DNA of 62,299 nucleotides, the filler included, from Rhizaria sp. SCN 62-66 (lineage: Eukaryota): NCBI GenBank assembly GCA_001724265.1. It is 5 parts of 5 records of this genome, joined end to end, with 100 filler letters (N's around TTAATTAATTAA, not from the genome) between each part and the next. Parts side by side here need not be neighbours in the genome. Positions count along the whole stretch, not along the records: positions 53,165 to 62,299 come from MEDY01000584.1; 4 more parts are not named here. One strand, 5' to 3'. The notes under the pieces are model-generated. The model did no database searches. It saw only the letters and a list, made by a program, of their open reading frames with translations, and was not told where the DNA came from. A program made the position numbers and the translations under genes. This document shows, piece by piece, positions 57,990 through 62,299 of this stretch (the stretch's first letter is position 1; each line of letters opens with the position of its first letter).

Positions 57990-59810
57990 ATGCTTCCGTT
58001 TAACTACGTCAAATTTTTCGAAGCACTCGCGGCTCTTATTTCTCCCGCATCATCCGTTGACGGAGTACAAGCTCTGAGGAGGATTACTGCGATCGAAGAC
58101 TACGATTTAAAAACTCTCACGGTAGCATGTCTTGACCACGGCGTATTCGACTGGCTTTTGCGGTCACTCGAGTACTGCGGAGACGCGGACGAACCTGAGC
58201 GAACAAAGGAGACTCTCTGGATATTCACGAATCTCGCCGTTACGTCCGAGGGCTGCACCGTGCTGCTTGAGCGCGGCGTTGCCGAGAAGCTCTGCTGCGT
58301 GCTCCACCTTGGCCAGCCCGACGACATCGTCGAGAACGCCCTCTGGGCGCTGGGCAATATCGCCGGCGAGGGCCGCGCAGCCGTTGAGTCGCTCATCGAG
58401 CGCGGGGTCTTCGCACACGTCTGCCGCTACATGACTGAAGTGTACCAGGCAAGCGGCCAGGTCAAGGTCGCGGTGCACAAGATCCTCGCTTGGACGATGT
58501 CCAACTTCCTCCGCGTGAAGCCCCCGCTGCCGTACAACATGACTGCGCCAGTGCTGCCGCTGCTCGCCTACGCGCTGCGCAGCTTCGCTCCCTTCCCGGG
58601 TCTCGAGGAAGTTGTCGTCGACACGCTGTGGTCGCTGTCATACGTCTTCCGCGAAGAGAGCGAGGGTGTGCGTTTCGAAGACCTGGTCGGCGGCGGTGAG
58701 ACGAGCGTCCTGTACTCTGTGCTGGAGCAGCTACACACCAGCCGCATGACGCGCACGCCCGCGCTGCGCGTGCTCGGCAACGTCGCCGCGCTCGACCGCG
58801 GCATCCCCGCGCAGGTCTTCACGGCGCCCGTGCTGGGGCACCTGCAGCGCCTCGCCGCAGGGTTGGGCTACAACGACACGAACGCCTTCAAGGAGCTGCT
58901 GTGGACGCTGTCTAACGTGCTGTCTGAGGGCCCCGAGGTGACGCAGCGCGTACTCGAGGTGAACCTGCTGCAGACGCTTGTCCCGCGCGTGCCCGTGCCG
59001 ACGCGCGACCGCAGCACCGCGACGCGCCTGTGGCAGATCGCCTCCGAACTCTCATACGTGCTGCGGAGCGCGCTGGCGGAAGACAACACGGGCGAGGGCG
59101 GCGCCGCGGTCGTCGCGCTGGCGCTGCTCGATGCGGGTGCGATGCGGTACTGCGCGCAGACGCTCGCTGTCGCCGCTCAGTTGACGGAGGTGTCGTCCCA
59201 CCAGACGCTGGGCCGGATCTTCAAGGCGGTCCGCGTCATGATCGAGTGCGGCGACACCGCGCCAGACCCCGCCGTGGTGACCGAGGGCTCGGCACCGCGC
59301 AACGAGTTCCTCGCGGCATTTTTTGCGGCACATGGCCAAGATGCGCTGGGGAAGCTGCTCGAGAACGAGAGCTTGAACTCCGTGGACGCCGCATACGAGG
59401 AAGCCATGGCGCTGAACAATCTTCTGGGCGACATTGTGGGAGACGTCGCTGCGACTTACTCGTCGGAGCCGAGCTCTGAGAACGAGGACTCCGACGAAGA
59501 CTCTGATGCATACGCGAGCGAAGACACCGATGACGGTGCTGAGGATGACGCGGGCGGGGATGCAACCGAGGGCAGCGATGACGACGTGGACGACGACGAT
59601 AGCGACGAGAGCGACTAGAACAGCAACGCGGCATCGGGCGGTGTGGATAGCCAGACTGAGCAGGCCGCCGAGGTGACGGCTGAGCAGGACAGCAGCGCGG
59701 GCAGTGATGGTGCTGCTGTTAATCCTGTTTCCATTGACGCTGTTGATGGTGGTGATGAGTCGCGCACGGCGAGCAACAAGGCGAACGCTGCACCGGATGT
59801 GCCCGAATGA
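57990..59810 (+). CDS. Importin-alpha-like ARM-repeat protein with long acidic tail (606 aa if TAG 59616 is sense)
   Basis: WxxxN ARM motifs LWIFTNLA, ALWALGNIAGE, AWTMSNFLR, DTLWSLSY, PALRVLGNVA, KELLWTLSNV. The acidic tail continues 63 codons past TAG 59616-59618 to TGA 59808-59810. Confidence 0.85.
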
Positions 59811-60999
59811 GTGGAGTCGGTCTCCTTTTATTGTATTCACAACGAATCAAATCTGTTCAACATATTTTTTTTACCTCTGTTTATTTCATCTGCTAGAACG
59901 ACAGCACAATGTGTGTCGTTGACAACGTAAACAACTTAAAACGAGTGACAAACGATCATTCCAAGCGACAACCACACAGGGCGCGTTTTTATGGTCATTC
60001 TTCGCATATCCCTTTTGTGTTCGACTCTGTTTTTGTTTTATGTGTGAACCTGTCACCTGTGGCTTGTGACTCGCCTGTTTAATTTGGCGATTGTGTTACT
60101 GGACAGATCACCTCTTCGTGATCTGACAACTATATTAATACTCTACCTACCGATGTTAGCTTAAGCTTTAAGCCTTACTGTACAACTCAATACACTTGTT
60201 CATTAACTGCGTAAGCTTGCGAGCTTTTGTTTGATCGCAATCTTCTTTTTCTGCTCGATTTATCGCTTGATTTATCGCTTATGTCGGCGGAGAAAATCGG
60301 CATTTTGCCGCTTAAGCCATCGACAAATAACGCACAGAAAGCTTGAGACTCCCAAGCTAAACAACCACGAATAAGTTTACGGATGAAGTTCACCAAGGTC
60401 AAACGCAGGTGAGGCACGTGGCAAAACGCGGTGCGAGCGTTGTAATACTTGATTGGTTGAATGATAGATAAAATAGCTATTGTATTGGAGTAACGCATGT
60501 GTTGATACAGCATTGTTTTCGAGGCTGAAGTGGCGGCCGCAGTCACAAAAAGACGAAAAGTGTCTCGACAGGCGAGTGTTAAGAACAAAAAAAAAAAATG
60601 GGGGGAGAAAATACAACGCTCGAAAAAAGCACCTTTGGAGAGAGTTACATTAAAAACAGAGTGGAATACGGACAGATATGTCGAAATAGAAACACTGCAC
60701 AGTCAAACCAGCGAATGAGAAATAGAAAACAAATGAGACAATACTTTGTTTAACAAATACAACACTGCTCGTTTGCACGCAAAGAGACATCGGTGTTTCT
60801 TCGGGTACAGCGGTTCTTCGAGTACGGTACGTTTGAGAAAGAGCAGAATGCGAATAGGTGCTATTTAAAAAATGAAGGGCTCAAAAAAACAAAACATAAA
60901 CAAAAACGGGTCGTCTTTGTTAACAAACAGAACAAAATCTTCATCAAAAACACAACACGAGTTCTCAATATGTTGCGATTTGATTGTGTTACGTCACGC

Positions 61000-62299
61000 T
61001 TACTGGTTGCCCTGGAGCTTATCATACCCGTACTGACGCATGAGGCGCGTGGCATTGAAGACATCACCGTTGGAGTCGGTCTTCTTGCCCTTGCCCTTGG
61101 CGGCAGCGTTGGCGGCCGCGGCGCCGGGGGCGACCTTAGGCGGGACGGAGATGAGGAGCTTGTTGGCACGGCGCTGCGCGGTGAGCACGTTGTGGATAGT
61201 GGTAGACATGGACATGGAGATCATGACGAGCTTGATGTCGACATCAACGTCGCGCATGTCCTCGCGCTCGTGCGACAAGAAAAGGCCGAAGGACTGCGAG
61301 AGCGGGAACGCGTTGTTATAGTAGCTGTAGCCCATCTGCTGGCCGCTCTCGTAGGTGATACCGTACGAGCCGTGGTTAGAGAAGGAGATGATCTCCCACT
61401 CGTCGTACTTGAACGCACGAGTACCACGCGAGTTGTTGTACTGCGTGTTGCCGTTGAGATAGTTGAAGGTGACAGCCTCCAGGTCGAAGTCGTACTGGCT
61501 GTCCTTCTTGTTGTTCTCCTGGAACACACGCAGGAACGGCACGGGGCGACAGTTGCTGTTGCCGTTCTTGCTCAGGAACGCCGAGAAGGACGGGATGATG
61601 TTGCTGTCCGTCTGCGCGGCCTTGTCGCGCTCCGCAGCAGCCATAGTGCGCCCGGCCTCGAAGGCGTCGAGCTCCTTCTGCGCGGCCTCGTCGTCGTCGG
61701 AACCGCTGTCGAGGTCCTCGTCCTTGACCACGAACTCCTCCTCGTTATCCTCCGCAGCGTCGTCGACCGTGGCAGCTGCAGTAGCGCCGCCACCGGAGAC
61801 GGTGACTGCGTCGTCCACGTCGTCGACATTGACGATGCCGGCACGCTTCATCTCCTCGAGCTTGGTCGCCGCCGAGCGCGTCGTGTCGGTCGTCATCGAC
61901 GCAGCGGGCAGGCCGTAGAGGGCACTGCGGCGCGCAAAGAGCACAGTGTTATCGCGCTTCTCCTCTTCCTCGACGCGCTTCCGGCGGGCGTCGGCCTTGG
62001 CCTTGAGGTGCGCAGCGATGATCGCCTTGCGCTTCTCCTCGCGGCGCGCAGCACGCTCCTCGGGCGTCTCCTTGGCACGGCGCTCAGCGCGCGCGCTCTT
62101 CAACTTGGCGAGCTGCTCCGCACGCTCGCGCGTGCGCACAGTCTGCTCGGGACGGCGGAAACGCACCAGCATCGCGAAGTTGTAGTTGGTCGACGGCACG
62201 ACAGTCTTGGGGAACGGCAGCTGGAACTTGAGACCCGTGTAGGAACCAAGGCGCAGGAACGTCGACTCGTTGCCGTCGGGCAGCGTCTCGGTGATGAAC
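61000..62299 (-). CDS. 3' part of a large protein (beta-rich segments flanking a charged helical/acidic insert), product unknown
   Basis: Open to the window edge with strong GC3 bias. Ends GNQ-TAA followed by AT-rich sequence. Confidence 0.75.
   Translation of the reverse strand, partial: FITETLPDGNESTFLRLGSYTGLKFQLPFPKTVVPSTNYNFAMLVRFRRPEQTVRTRERAEQLAKLKSARAERRAKETPEERAARREEKRKAIIAAHLKAKADARRKRVEEEEKRDNTVLFARRSALYGLPAASMTTDTTRSAATKLEEMKRAGIVNVDDVDDAVTVSGGGATAAATVDDAAEDNEEEFVVKDEDLDSGSDDDEAAQKELDAFEAGRTMAAAERDKAAQTDSNIIPSFSAFLSKNGNSNCRPVPFLRVFQENNKKDSQYDFDLEAVTFNYLNGNTQYNNSRGTRAFKYDEWEIISFSNHGSYGITYESGQQMGYSYYNNAFPLSQSFGLFLSHEREDMRDVDVDIKLVMISMSMSTTIHNVLTAQRRANKLLISVPPKVAPGAAAANAAAKGKGKKTDSNGDVFNATRLMRQYGYDKLQGNQ

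Noticed and set aside
6918-59618. Pyrrolysine insertion or programmed readthrough as the explanation for the TAGs
   Set aside because: Eukaryotic context, no pyl genes seen, unrelated proteins, and no shared downstream readthrough motif.
1-62299. CRISPR arrays, rRNA or tRNA genes (including a CUA suppressor tRNA)
   Set aside because: None recognised by eye; a tRNAscan-SE or Infernal search is needed to exclude them.

Overview
This is not prokaryotic DNA. It is five eukaryotic (protist-like) contigs (1-8940, 9041-23745, 23846-32778, 32879-53064, 53165-62299) joined by artificial 100-bp spacers (44 N + TTAATTAATTAA + 44 N). Genes carry spliceosomal introns, almost all starting GTACGT. Recognisable products are a P2X-family channel, Kish/TMEM167, a dual-specificity pseudophosphatase, a giant Ala/Gly/Pro-rich TOG-domain protein, an EGF/TSP1-like type I surface protein, a peptidase S74 fragment, a Crinkler-like nuclease-kinase, a PqaA/AprA-family hydrolase with a Tc1/IS630 element in an intron, a broken sushi/IPT/Cys-rich multi-pass receptor, and a family of importin-alpha-like ARM proteins. 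The main observation is that at least 12 TAG codons on four contigs lie inside reading frames that continue as coherent protein, including inside a poly-Gln tract, a kinase C-lobe and an acidic tail. Every credible gene end is TAA or TGA. This points to a variant nuclear genetic code with UAG read as sense (probably Gln), uncoupled from UAA. The competing explanation is CAG>TAG decay in pseudogenes, since some loci also have frameshifts. All family calls come from motif recognition by eye; no database searches were run.
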